Shown here: positions 11,601-19,703 of the stretch, in pieces
Numbering within the stretch: position 1 is the stretch's first letter
Layout of the letters: each line of letters opens with the position of its first letter
Made by a program: the position numbers and the translations under genes
Source: an uncultured Alphaproteobacteria bacterium
Lineage (GTDB): Bacteria; Pseudomonadota; Alphaproteobacteria; ATCC43930; CGMCC-115725
NCBI GenBank assembly: GCA_963842175.1
Contig: CAWJFM010000023.1
Span: 1,396,751 to 1,436,750 of the forward strand
Length of the DNA: 40,000 bases
Reading direction: 5' to 3'
The notes under the pieces: generated by a model
Seen by the model: only the letters and a program-made list of their open reading frames with translations
Told to the model about the DNA's origin: nothing
Databases searched by the model: none

Positions 11601-11993
11601 TTAGTTTTTTGGGATCGATTTCACGTCCGAAGCTTTGATTTCTCCGCTTCTAATCTTCTTGTTAGTCTCTTCGAGCGATCGAGTTAGATCAGCGAAGACG
11701 ACAGGATCGACATACTGACTCCAGCCATCAGACACGTCCAAACTGAAAGTTCCGTCCTTAGCGGGCCGTAAGTGGGCCTGAAAATGGCGTATCGCCATTT
11801 CGTATTGTTCGGCCCGTCCATGTTCGCTCATCACAACACACCCATCAATGCCGTTACAACGGCTCGCACCCCCATCCTCATTCCGTTTCCCCCGAAACTC
11901 CAAGTGTCGCTTGATGACCGTAAGCAAACGGTAAAAATGACGAATCGTCCCTCCCCAGCCAACACCTAGAAAAGATGTTGCCTCGTACAGCAA
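11601..11993 (-). CDS. hypothetical protein (likely true start ATG at 11831, 76 aa)
   Basis: ORF 11601-11993. The part from MSEHGRAEQYEMAIRHFQAHL... has clean composition. Lies inside the inverted-repeat-bracketed segment. Confidence 0.4.
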   Translation of the reverse strand: MLYEATSFLGVGWGGTIRHFYRLLTVIKRHLEFRGKRNEDGGASRCNGIDGCVVMSEHGRAEQYEMAIRHFQAHLRPAKDGTFSLDVSDGWSQYVDPVVFADLTRSLEETNKKIRSGEIKASDVKSIPKN

Positions 11994-12127
11994 CTCTATA
12001 AGTAGATGGTTGTGTACAGCAACAGTACACAGGCATGCTGACGAACCTTGCCTCGGCTGTCAACAGGCAATCATCAGAAATGTGATAGAGCGGTGGCAGC
12101 GTTCAAGGCCCGCGCGGCTCGCGCTGG

Positions 12128-12151
12128 TCCCATCTGCGCCCGAATACCGAG
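12128..12151. repeat. right arm of a 24-bp perfect inverted repeat
   Basis: TCCCATCTGCGCCCGAATACCGAG is the reverse complement of 11253-11276. It is followed by the small palindrome CCGAG-TATT-CTCGG. Confidence 0.9.
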
Positions 12152-12238
12152 TATTCTCGGCTCCAGAAATCCTCTGCCGAGGGCATGATTTTAGACATCG
12201 CGTAAGTGTTGCGCTAGCTTGGTCCCATCAAGCCCGCC

Positions 12239-12616
12239 CTATTGGGCTGGGGTCGTCAGCGTGGTGATCTGGCCGGCGAGTTGCCCCAGCCAGATCGCCG
12301 TCGTCAGCGGGTCGCCCGAGGACGGCCCAGAGCCAGACCCGCAGGCGGCGTCGCCGAAGCTCTCGATCGCGGTCACCTTGGCGCTGGCCGTACTCGCCAC
12401 CAGGCCGGCGCCGGTCACGGCGTCCGCCGCCGCCTTGCGCTTTTCGTATTCGCTGCAACCGGTCGCGATGAAGGGCTGGGCGGCCGTGGTGATCTTGTCG
12501 GCGACGCTATAGACCGAGGCCGCCGCGCCGAGTCCGCTCAGCACCGCCGGCGCCGCGGCGCAACCGAGCAGCGCCGGCGCGGCCGCCGCGAGGAGGCAGA
12601 TAGCGCGCAGCATCAC
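12239..12616 (-). CDS. lipoprotein (possible spanin-like or moron product)
   Basis: Signal plus lipobox MLRAICLLAAAAPALLGC. The start overlaps the stop of the upstream lipoprotein gene (GTGATG). Two further Cys 38 residues apart, the second in GDAAC. Confidence 0.55.
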   Translation of the reverse strand: MMLRAICLLAAAAPALLGCAAAPAVLSGLGAAASVYSVADKITTAAQPFIATGCSEYEKRKAAADAVTGAGLVASTASAKVTAIESFGDAACGSGSGPSSGDPLTTAIWLGQLAGQITTLTTPAQ

Positions 12617-12927
12617 AGCACCGGCAGGGTCCAGGTGCAGCCGTCGCCCAAGGCCGCGGATACATCGGCGGAATCGGCGGCGGCCGCGGTGTGGCCCGTC
12701 GAAGTCAGCATGTCGGTCAGCGTGTTGGCGAGCGCCTGGCCGGCGCAGGCGGCGGCCTGCGCCTTGGTCAGGATCGAGCTGCTCGACGAGCTGATCGTCG
12801 CGACCGCCGTCCCGGTCTTACCGACCGCGGTCTGTGCGTCGCCGACCGTCGTCAGATCCTGCACGGCCTGACAGCCGGCGAGCGCGACAACGGCGGTTAT
12901 CGGAAAAGCAATCCGCATCTTGCGCAT
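12613..12927 (-). CDS. lipoprotein, probable paralogue of 12239-12616
   Basis: ORF 12613-13260 trimmed to the ATG at 12927. MRKMRIAFPITAVVALAGC lipobox. Two further Cys 36 residues apart, the second in GDGC. Confidence 0.55.
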   Translation of the reverse strand: MRKMRIAFPITAVVALAGCQAVQDLTTVGDAQTAVGKTGTAVATISSSSSSILTKAQAAACAGQALANTLTDMLTSTGHTAAAADSADVSAALGDGCTWTLPVL

Positions 12928-13145
12928 CAGTTTGACCCTTTCGGTTGAGAAGCGGCGCCCTCTGGCACCAGGATGGCGATCAGGCCGCCGATCGCCGCGA
13001 CGACACTGAGGGCGGCATTGACGACATCGGGGCTCGCGCTGAGATGCAGGGCAGCGAGGACAAAGGCGGCAGCGCCGCCCCAGCTCGATGCCTCCTTCAT
13101 GCGCGCCCCGAGATAAGCGACGGTATTCATTCGGATTTTCCTCAT
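12927..13145 (-). CDS. small membrane protein, holin-like
   Basis: 72 aa with two hydrophobic stretches (WGGAAAFVLAALHL, VVAAIGGLIAILV). Lies directly downstream of the endolysin. Call rests on position and topology only. Confidence 0.4.
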   Translation of the reverse strand: MRKIRMNTVAYLGARMKEASSWGGAAAFVLAALHLSASPDVVNAALSVVAAIGGLIAILVPEGAASQPKGSN

Positions 13146-13153
13146 CGGAACGC

Positions 13154-13176
13154 AAAAAAAGCCGCCCGCGGGCGGC
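13154..13176 (-). terminator. rho-independent terminator after the endolysin gene
   Basis: On the minus strand: GCCGCCCGCGGGCGGC, a perfect 16-nt palindrome (13161-13176), followed by TTTTTTT (13154-13160). Confidence 0.6.
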
Positions 13177-13202
13177 TCGGACGGGAAGCGAGGCGAGCGG
13201 CG

Positions 13203-13909
13203 TCAGCCGGCCGGCGCGGCCCCGGCTATTGCCGCCGGCAGCGCGCCGGTGGCGAACCACGCCCGGAGATCGGCAAGCGTCCCGACCCAGACCGAGCGGT
13301 CGACCGGGGTCGCGATGCCGGCGACCCGCCCGGTCGGGGTGTATTGGTGAAAATCATAGGGCCGTGACCCGCCGTTCCACGCGGCCGGACGGCCCGGCGG
13401 CAGACGCGGCGGGCTGCTGGACCAGGCTGGCGTAATTCCCCGAACTCATGCCGCGCGGATATTCCGGCAGCATCAGCGGCCAGCGCGACAGATCCGGGCT
13501 CGGCTTCTTGCAGCTGCGCGAACCCGTAGTAGCCGACGGGATCGCGCGCGGTGCGGTCGGCGACGGCCCGGCCGATCGTGACCATGGCCGCGACCGTCGC
13601 CGCGGTTTCCCAATCGAGCATCGCCGGCTGCGCGGCTGCGAGATCCGTCGCGGCGAGGAAATGCGCGGCCTGCCGGTCGGGGTCTGATGTATCGAGAAAG
13701 TGATAGGGCACGACCAGCACCCCGGCACTGATGGCGGCGCGCCGGTTCCGCTCGAAGGCCGGATCGACGAAGCCCGCACCCTGCGTCGCCTTGATGAAGG
13801 CGAGCGCGATACCGGCATCAGCCACCGCCGGCCAGTCGATCGCGCCATTGTGGTGCGACACGTCGATGACGCCGTCGAAGACGATTGCGGGGAGCTCATA
13901 GACAGCCAT
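13203..13909 (-). CDS. GH25 muramidase (endolysin); at least two frame breaks
   Basis: GVIDVSHHNGAIDWPAVADAGIALAFIKATQG...VPYHFL is the GH25 N-terminal signature. The rest is spread over three frames: ...DLSRWPLMLPEYP..., then WNGGSRPYDFHQYTPTGRVAGIATPVDRSVWVGTLADLRAWF, with a stop at 13203-13205. Confidence 0.8.
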
Positions 13910-13911
13910 GG

Positions 13912-14226
13912 CTATTTCCGGTCCTGCTTCTGGACGAGCTCGGTGCGCAGATCGGCGATCGCCTGCATGACGCGGTCGAGCGCGGCCCGCATCTCGGCCT
14001 GAAACTGGTGATCTTCGGTGCGGCGCTCGTCGAGGACGCGCTCGGCAAAAGTGAGGCGCGCCTCGTGCCCGGCCAGCGCCACCTCGAACTCGGCGCGCTG
14101 CACATCCAGTTCGCGGCGCAAGCTCAGATATCCGCCGACGATCCCGCCCCCGACCGTGGTGACGACAACGAGCGCCTGCAGCAGATGGCCGAGATTGATG
14201 TCAGGCGTAAAGTGCGGGTGAATCAT
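13912..14226 (-). CDS. single-pass membrane protein with coiled-coil C-terminus (holin or i-spanin-like)
   Basis: ORF 13912-14538 trimmed to the ATG at 14226. TM segment LLQALVVVTTVGGGIVGGYL, then a charged helical tail RRELDVQRAEFEVALAGHEARL...ADLRTELVQKQDRK. Immediately upstream of the endolysin. Confidence 0.45.
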   Translation of the reverse strand: MIHPHFTPDINLGHLLQALVVVTTVGGGIVGGYLSLRRELDVQRAEFEVALAGHEARLTFAERVLDERRTEDHQFQAEMRAALDRVMQAIADLRTELVQKQDRK

Positions 14227-14341
14227 CGCGCCGAGCCAAGCCGATAGTCCGCCGGAGGCATCCGGCGCCGCATTCTGCGTTGCGTTTGCCCCAGGTGACG
14301 TCACCGCGTGCAGGTCAAGGTCCATGCAAGGTCGGCGTGCG

Positions 14342-15193
14342 TCAGCATGCAGTGCTTGTGTAGAAATTGCCGCCGTTCCAGCAGACGGCATGACCGCCGA
14401 GACTGGTATCGATGTAGAGCACCGTCTCGCTGATATGACCGCTGCTGTCGGTCTGAAGGATGGTGTTGGCCCCGGAATTGCCGATCGGTGTCCCCGTCGC
14501 CAGCGCGGTGCCGCCGGTGCCGCTCCATCGCACGACATAACCGTCGGTTGAGCTACCCGGCCCGGTCACGAGATTGGCGATGACCGAACTCGACAGATGG
14601 CCGCTTGAGTCCGTCTCCATCACCGTATTGGCGCCGGAATTGCCAACCGGATAACCGGTCGCCAGCACACACCCGTTGGTGCTGCCCCACGATGCGACAT
14701 AACCGGCGGTCGTGCTGCCAGGACCGGTGATGCAGAAGCTCCCCGTGATGCCGATCGCCGAGGCAGTTGCCGGCGTCGCTCCGACAACCCGGAAATTGCC
14801 GGAATTGTCGAATTCGAGGGCCAGCATTTCGTAATTGCCGGCCGCGGTGGTGACCGATGTGACGGAATGCCCGCTCGGAAAGAGGATATTCCCGCCGCCC
14901 GTGGCGTTGGTCTGCACCGTTACCTGGTGGGCGTTATCGTTGACGACCTTGATCGTCCAGCCCGATGGCAAAACCCCGGATGTCGTTGCATTGGCCGGTA
15001 ATGTGATCGTCAGCGTGCCGCCGGCGTTGTAGGCCGAAAACACTGACCCCGAATCGTTCGGCACTGCGGTGTAGCTGGCGGCCGACGGATAGCGCCAATA
15101 ATCGTTGGCGCTGATCAGCTGCGCCCGCGCGGGAGGGCAGCCGAGGCCGGCAAGCAGCAGGGCGCAGACGAGGGCAGCCGAGCGCAGCATCAT
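14342..15193 (-). CDS. tail-fibre-like repeat protein with N-terminal signal peptide
   Basis: 283 aa. ATGA overlap with the upstream tail gene. MMLRSAALVCALLLAGLGCPPARAQ signal. Two tandem ~54-aa repeats (TGPGSTTAGYVASWGSTNGCVLATGYPVGNSGANTVMETDSSGHLSSSV / TGPGSSTDGYVVRWSGTGGTALATGTPIGNSGANTILQTDSSGHISETV) at 14408-14731. Confidence 0.55.
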   Translation of the reverse strand: MMLRSAALVCALLLAGLGCPPARAQLISANDYWRYPSAASYTAVPNDSGSVFSAYNAGGTLTITLPANATTSGVLPSGWTIKVVNDNAHQVTVQTNATGGGNILFPSGHSVTSVTTAAGNYEMLALEFDNSGNFRVVGATPATASAIGITGSFCITGPGSTTAGYVASWGSTNGCVLATGYPVGNSGANTVMETDSSGHLSSSVIANLVTGPGSSTDGYVVRWSGTGGTALATGTPIGNSGANTILQTDSSGHISETVLYIDTSLGGHAVCWNGGNFYTSTAC

Positions 15194-15813
15194 GGCGGTG
15201 CACTCCCGACGAGGCTCCAGAACACCGAGGCGAGCGTCGCGTCGGGCGACGCCGGCGCGACGATCGTCAGCACGTCGCCGATCGCGAAGGCGGTCGCCGC
15301 CGACATCGTAAAGCTCGCGGTCGTCGCGCTGGCCGCGAACGCCATCGTCCCGACGGCGCTGCCGTTCTTTTCGATCGAGTAGGTCGCCGTCCCCGTCGCC
15401 GCGGTCCCCGCAGCGCCCTGGCTGCCGCTGAGCCCGGCCGGAAAGGTCGTCGCCTGGCCGAAAACATAACGCTGCACGACCTGTGACGGCGTGGTCGGCC
15501 CGCTATAGGAGGCCGCGACCACCATCGCCGCGGCGCCGGCGCCGGTCAGCGTGTAGGTGACGGCGCCGACCTCGGCGAGGCTCTGCAGGGCCTGGCCGAA
15601 GGTGTTGAACGATAAGAGCTTCACAAAGATCGTCGAACCGATCAGGTTTGCCGGATAGCTGTAGCGGAACAACGACGGGTCATTCGGGCCGAAGCGCGCG
15701 AATTGGGCGCCGCTCGAATGGCTGCCGATCGGCGTCCCGTAAACGCCGCGGCGCAGCAGCGTCGTCAGGTTGTAGCGGTAGGCGGCGGTGAGGTTCGCGG
15801 TCTCATAGCTGAC
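15190..15813 (-). CDS. 3' portion of a tail (host-specificity-type) protein gene split by the 13.2-kb insertion
   Basis: In frame from 15813: VSYETANLTAAYRYNLTTLLRRGVYGTPIGSHSSGAQFARFGPNDPSLFRYSYPANL...SLVGSAPP. Joins seamlessly to 29025-29690 once the insertion and one repeat copy are removed. Confidence 0.8.
   Translation of the reverse strand, partial: VSYETANLTAAYRYNLTTLLRRGVYGTPIGSHSSGAQFARFGPNDPSLFRYSYPANLIGSTIFVKLLSFNTFGQALQSLAEVGAVTYTLTGAGAAAMVVAASYSGPTTPSQVVQRYVFGQATTFPAGLSGSQGAAGTAATGTATYSIEKNGSAVGTMAFAASATTASFTMSAATAFAIGDVLTIVAPASPDATLASVFWSLVGSAPP
15799..15813. repeat. target-site duplication, left copy
   Basis: GGTCTCATAGCTGAC is identical to 29025-29039 and directly abuts the left terminal inverted repeat. 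Confidence 0.85.
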
Positions 15814-15887
15814 CCCCTGGGAGCACGTCCGTCCGAACGGCAGGGTAGAGTGGTGCGGTGGTCAACAAAACTAATTGACGTGTCGCT
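15814..15887. repeat. left terminal inverted repeat
   Basis: CCCCTGGGAGCACGTCCGTCCGAACGGCAGGGTAGAG... matches the reverse complement of 28951-29024 at 67 of 74 positions. The first 37 nt are perfect. Confidence 0.9.
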
Positions 15888-15920
15888 CCCAAATCGGCTT
15901 TGTCTACCGTATTGTCACTG

Positions 15921-16213
15921 CCCGGCCTCCGGTGTCCCGGCCAGCCCCGCTGCGCTCGTCGGGCCGCGCTGGTGCTCGCTGAGGCAGTTCCAGCTCGCCC
16001 CGGCCTTGGTTAGCTCGGCCGGCGCCCGTGCACCCCAGCGGGCGCTCGCTGAGGCGGTTTCCGGCCCGGCCTGGACTCGGGTAGCTCGTCCCCGCCGTTC
16101 CGTGGCCTCGCGGGCTTCGCTGGCGGTCGCTGAGGCGTTTCCGGCCGCGCCCGGCCTCAGATAGGTCGGTCGCCCGCTCGCTGCGCTTGCTGGGCCGCGC
16201 TGGCGCTCGGGGG
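15921..16213. repeat. left subterminal array of about 4 degenerate 65-85-bp tandem units
   Basis: Each unit starts CCCGGCCT and ends with a CGCTGG-GCTCGCTGAGGCGGTTTCCGG-like core (15961-15990, 16040-16064, 16117-16145, partial at 16195-16213). The same core occurs inverted at the right end and once internally at 17322-17353. Confidence 0.75.
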
Positions 16214-16424
16214 AAATGGATGGGTGGGGGTGTGCTGTTTCGTGACGCACCCGGACACCTCGGTGGGGTGCGGCACGCAGCAACCGCCGGGTCGATCACA
16301 GCTTGGCGATGCCCCGATTTACCATTGCCTGAGCCATTCAAAGGCACGACTTTGGCCACGACGTTGCCGGCAATTCTGGCGAATATCGGATTAACTATAA
16401 AGAGCCGAAGCCAGGGAGGGATAA

Positions 16425-16628
16425 ATGGGCGAGTGGGTAGTCATGGCAATCTTAATGGTCAACGGCTCTAATTTACGAGTTGAAGTGGACAAGGCCGCGA
16501 GCCTTCAAGAATGCAAAATGAAGGCTATGCAGGCATATGCTCATTTGCCAAATGGACCGATCTTTTGTCAGCACGTTGATCAAGTCGAGTTAATCGACGT
16601 TTACGGAAACGCCCGACCAATACAATAA
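16425..16628 (+). CDS. hypothetical small protein
   Basis: 67-aa ORF with the GGGAGGG RBS 5-11 nt upstream of the ATG. Low-GC codon usage. Confidence 0.4.
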   Translation: MGEWVVMAILMVNGSNLRVEVDKAASLQECKMKAMQAYAHLPNGPIFCQHVDQVELIDVYGNARPIQ

Positions 16629-16649
16629 ATCCAGAGTTGTTTGGATCAG

Positions 16650-17234
16650 ATGAGCGCTATGCCTAAAACATCCATGCAAGCCATGATGATCGTGGCCGTG
16701 CTCGCGATCGTTCCGGCGGCTTTGGCAGCAAGTGTCGCCACGCGCGTTGTGCTCTACGCGCCTTATGGAATCGACGGACGCCTTCGATCGGGATTTACCG
16801 CTAGCCTACCGGTCCACGGCTCGTGTTGGACTTCATCGCTTGCCTCAACTCGGCCGGACGCATGGCGGTGCATGACTGGAAACTTCATCCACGACCCATG
16901 TTTTAGCAATCCCGCAAAGACCCAGGTGGCCTGCCCATCCGATCCGTTTAGAAAAGCGGTACTGGTGATCGACCTCGACAAGGCATTGCCCGCGCATTAC
17001 GGACAGTCAGGACAAAGCCCGTGGGCGCTCCGATTAGCCAATGGTGCGATCTGCGGCTTCGTAACCGGTGCCACGGGCGTCGTTGCCGGAATGCGATTGA
17101 ACTATGGATGCACAGGTAAAGGCTGGGTGATCGGAGAGGTAGACCGGTCGACTCGACCCTGGCGCGTCTTTTATACCCCTGATACTCAAAGCGGGGATTA
17201 CGTTCAAGTTGACGTGTCCGAAGCGGTCCTTTGA
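16650..17234 (+). CDS. secreted hypothetical protein
   Basis: ORF 16641-17234, ATG at 16650. Signal peptide MQAMMIVAVLAIVPAALAASVA. Cys-rich mature part. No family recognised. Confidence 0.55.
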   Translation: MSAMPKTSMQAMMIVAVLAIVPAALAASVATRVVLYAPYGIDGRLRSGFTASLPVHGSCWTSSLASTRPDAWRCMTGNFIHDPCFSNPAKTQVACPSDPFRKAVLVIDLDKALPAHYGQSGQSPWALRLANGAICGFVTGATGVVAGMRLNYGCTGKGWVIGEVDRSTRPWRVFYTPDTQSGDYVQVDVSEAVL

Positions 17235-17560
17235 TTTGAGTGGGCTTTGACGCTGCACAGGGAGCAAAAGACGGGACGCACGGCTATGGTAACAGTATAA
17301 ACAAACCTATCGGCTAGACTTGGCCGCGCTCGCGGTCGCTGAGGCGGTTCGGGCGAACCGTTTTCCGGTCATCGGCTTTCCGAGCACGAACTTAGCCAGC
17401 AACGCGGCATTGGACCCCGGCTTGGGTCGGCTCTGAGCAACTTCGATTCTTCAATGTTGACCGCGGCACTCTGTGGGAAAACTTTAGATGGGTTTGCCAA
17501 GCCGTGGTTATTGACAGGGGGGCTTTGTCCTCCGCATTCGAATGATTTTCATAAGGCGCC

Positions 17561-17740
17561 TCACCGGAACTTAATCCCGGTCATCAAGGAAAAGATCAAC
17601 GCGACGACTCCGATCACGATACAGAAGATCCCGAAGGCTACTGCGCCTTCGTTGGCTTTCCTCTGCTCGTCGAGTGTAAGCCGGTTGCGCCGGTAAATTT
17701 GCCGGTATGGGTGTTTTTGACGGTCGGTCGTTTTCGGCAT
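17561..17740 (-). CDS. small membrane protein
   Basis: C-terminal 59 aa of ORF 17561-18319, from the ATG at 17740: MPKTTDRQKHPYRQIYRRNRLTLDEQRKANEGAVAFGIFCIVIGVVALIFSLMTGIKFR. The rest of that ORF is antisense to the recombinase gene. Confidence 0.4.
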   Translation of the reverse strand: MPKTTDRQKHPYRQIYRRNRLTLDEQRKANEGAVAFGIFCIVIGVVALIFSLMTGIKFR

Positions 17741-17818
17741 GGTGCTACTTCGCTTTAGGGACCCCCTCGCGGAGGTTCCAAAACCGTTAGAAATCCTAAG
17801 CTTTGGTGGGCGATCCGC

Positions 17819-18371
17819 ATGTCTTTCACCAGATATGCACGGGTATCGACGGACGGCCAAAGCGTCGACGCGCAGATCACGGCGTTGACCGTCGCCGGCG
17901 CTGAAAAAGTTTCCCGCGAAGTGGCGAGCGGAACCAAGACCGACCGGGCGCAGCTCTTCCGATTGCTCGACCGGCTCGACGACGGCGACGTGCTGATGGT
18001 GACGCGGCTCGACCGGCTCGCGCGCTCGACCCGCGATCTTCTCAATGCCCTCGCGGCGATCACCGGCAAGGGAGCCGGTTTCCACTCGCTCGGCGACGCA
18101 TCGGCGAACACGACACCGCCGCACGGCTGGTTGATGCTCACCGTGCTTGGCGGCCTTGCCGAGTTCGAGCGCGAATTGATCCGCACGCGCACCGGCGAAG
18201 GACGGGCACGGCCGAAGGCTCGCGGTGTCAAACTCGGCCGGCGGCCGAAACTTACCCCGCACCAGAAGCGCGAGGGCTTTGGCGCGGCGCGAAAAGGGCA
18301 AGGAGACACTTGCCGACATCGGCCGCAGCTACAACGTGAGCGCATGGACGATTTCAAGGCTGACAGCTTGA
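17819..18371 (+). CDS. small serine recombinase (resolvase/invertase family); one frame break near 18275
   Basis: YARVSTDGQSVDAQ (catalytic Ser motif), VTRLDRLARSTRDLL and LAEFERELIRTRTGEGRARPKARG. Dropping one G of GAGGGC restores the C-terminal HTH ALARREKGKETLADIGRSYNVSAWTISRLTA, with a stop at 18369-18371. Confidence 0.85.
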
Positions 18372-18410
18372 CCTCGCGCACGTTTGGACGCTGAGGAGGA
18401 AACGCAAACG

Positions 18411-19250
18411 ATGGGCCGCCCCTTCGATTCGTGGCAGGATTACCAGTTATTCTCCCGCGCCGTCCGGAAACACAGAAGATATATCAGGACTCCGTCAGAA
18501 CAGGCCTTTTTAGAGGCAGTACGCGTCACAGTGAAAGACCGTATAATAACTCGTCCGGCGGGATACACGTTTTGGCGCGCGCAGCGCGGATACTGTGTGG
18601 GGTCAACCGCAATGGACAACGTCGACATTATCGACGCAGTTCCGTATCCGTCGGAACGAATGAAACCTCGTACCAATCAAGCCTCCGAAGGCGGAGCTAA
18701 TCCAAAAGACATTCCATGTCTCTATGGCGCGACTTCTCCTGATACCGCTGTGGCGGAAGTAAGGCCATGGAAGGGAGAACTTGTTTCAATTGGCAAATTT
18801 ACTCTATGTCGTAACGTGAAAATAGTAGAATGTTTAAAATATCATGATGAAGACCCCCATGATGTCTTTCTGAATACGCTCTACCCTCTTATGACATCAG
18901 CTACGGGAGAGATTGTTGCGGGCGAGCCGGAACCCCCTTCAGACGAAGCTGTAATAAAAAACGTGTGGACGCATATAGATAAGGCATTCTCTGAACCAGT
19001 AACACACAGCGATGACCACGTAGACTACGTACCGACACAGAATTTAGCAGAATTATTCAAGACAGAGGATTACGATGGCGTGTGTTATCACAGTCAGCTT
19101 TCAGATATGGGTGTTAATTTGGCGTTTTTTGACCTAGAGATAGCAACAGTAGCAGGCCGCCATTTGCGCCAAGTGACTGACGTAAAAATAGAATCCAAAA
19201 TGCGCGAAGGCCGCGGGATTGATCCCCATTCCGGCAAGCCAAATAATTAG
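18411..19250 (+). CDS. RES-domain protein
   Basis: FWRAQ, GGANPKDIPCLYGATSPDTAVAEVRPWKG and YVPTQNLAELFKTEDYDGVCYHSQLSDMGVNLAFFD fit the RES family pattern. The usually conserved Arg of the GRxN motif reads Gly here. Markedly AT-richer than its neighbours. Confidence 0.65.
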   Translation: MGRPFDSWQDYQLFSRAVRKHRRYIRTPSEQAFLEAVRVTVKDRIITRPAGYTFWRAQRGYCVGSTAMDNVDIIDAVPYPSERMKPRTNQASEGGANPKDIPCLYGATSPDTAVAEVRPWKGELVSIGKFTLCRNVKIVECLKYHDEDPHDVFLNTLYPLMTSATGEIVAGEPEPPSDEAVIKNVWTHIDKAFSEPVTHSDDHVDYVPTQNLAELFKTEDYDGVCYHSQLSDMGVNLAFFDLEIATVAGRHLRQVTDVKIESKMREGRGIDPHSGKPNN

Positions 19251-19299
19251 AGATTTGGCGACGACTGGCGCGACGCGTAGGGTGTCCGTTGTCCTAGTC

Positions 19300-19625
19300 A
19301 TGGCGATCTTAACCACCGCTTTGCTGATCACGTCATCGGAAGCAGCGCAGCCGGGTAACTATAATCTGATCGGCGCCGGAACCATTTCATGCGGGAGGCT
19401 GGACAGCGTTGCGGCGTCGAGGGCAGGCAGACTTTGCCGAACAGTGGATTTTGGGCTTCCTCTCCGGAGTTGGCTATGAGGCAGGAGGGGATAACCCTCT
19501 GAACCCCCTGAATGGCGTTGATGCGGCTGCCCGTCTGGGCTTGGATGGATAACTACTGCCGAGCCAATCCTCTAAATACCGTCGCAGCCGCTGGTGCGGC
19601 ATTCGCTGCAACACATCCTCGCTGA
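19300..19625 (+). CDS. small secreted protein, spread over three frames
   Basis: MAILTTALLITSSEAAQ signal, then ...ISCG..., FAEQWILGFLSGVGYEAGGDNPLNPLNGVDAAA, and WAWMDNYCRANPLNTVAAAGAAFAATHPR in successive frames. Stop at 19623-19625. Confidence 0.4.
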
Positions 19626-19703
19626 CTTTCCAGAATCCCGCGTTATCCGCCGCGCCAGTCTGCCGACTTTCCAGAAGTGACCTTATCGGCCATCCGGAGC
19701 GGG

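Noticed and set aside
15888-16420. CRISPR array near the Cas1-like gene or at the repetitive element ends
   Set aside because: The repeats are degenerate, of variable length (65-85 bp), and lack a constant-repeat/unique-spacer architecture. The 15-bp x3 block at 28891-28935 has no spacers. No cas2 or effector genes are present.
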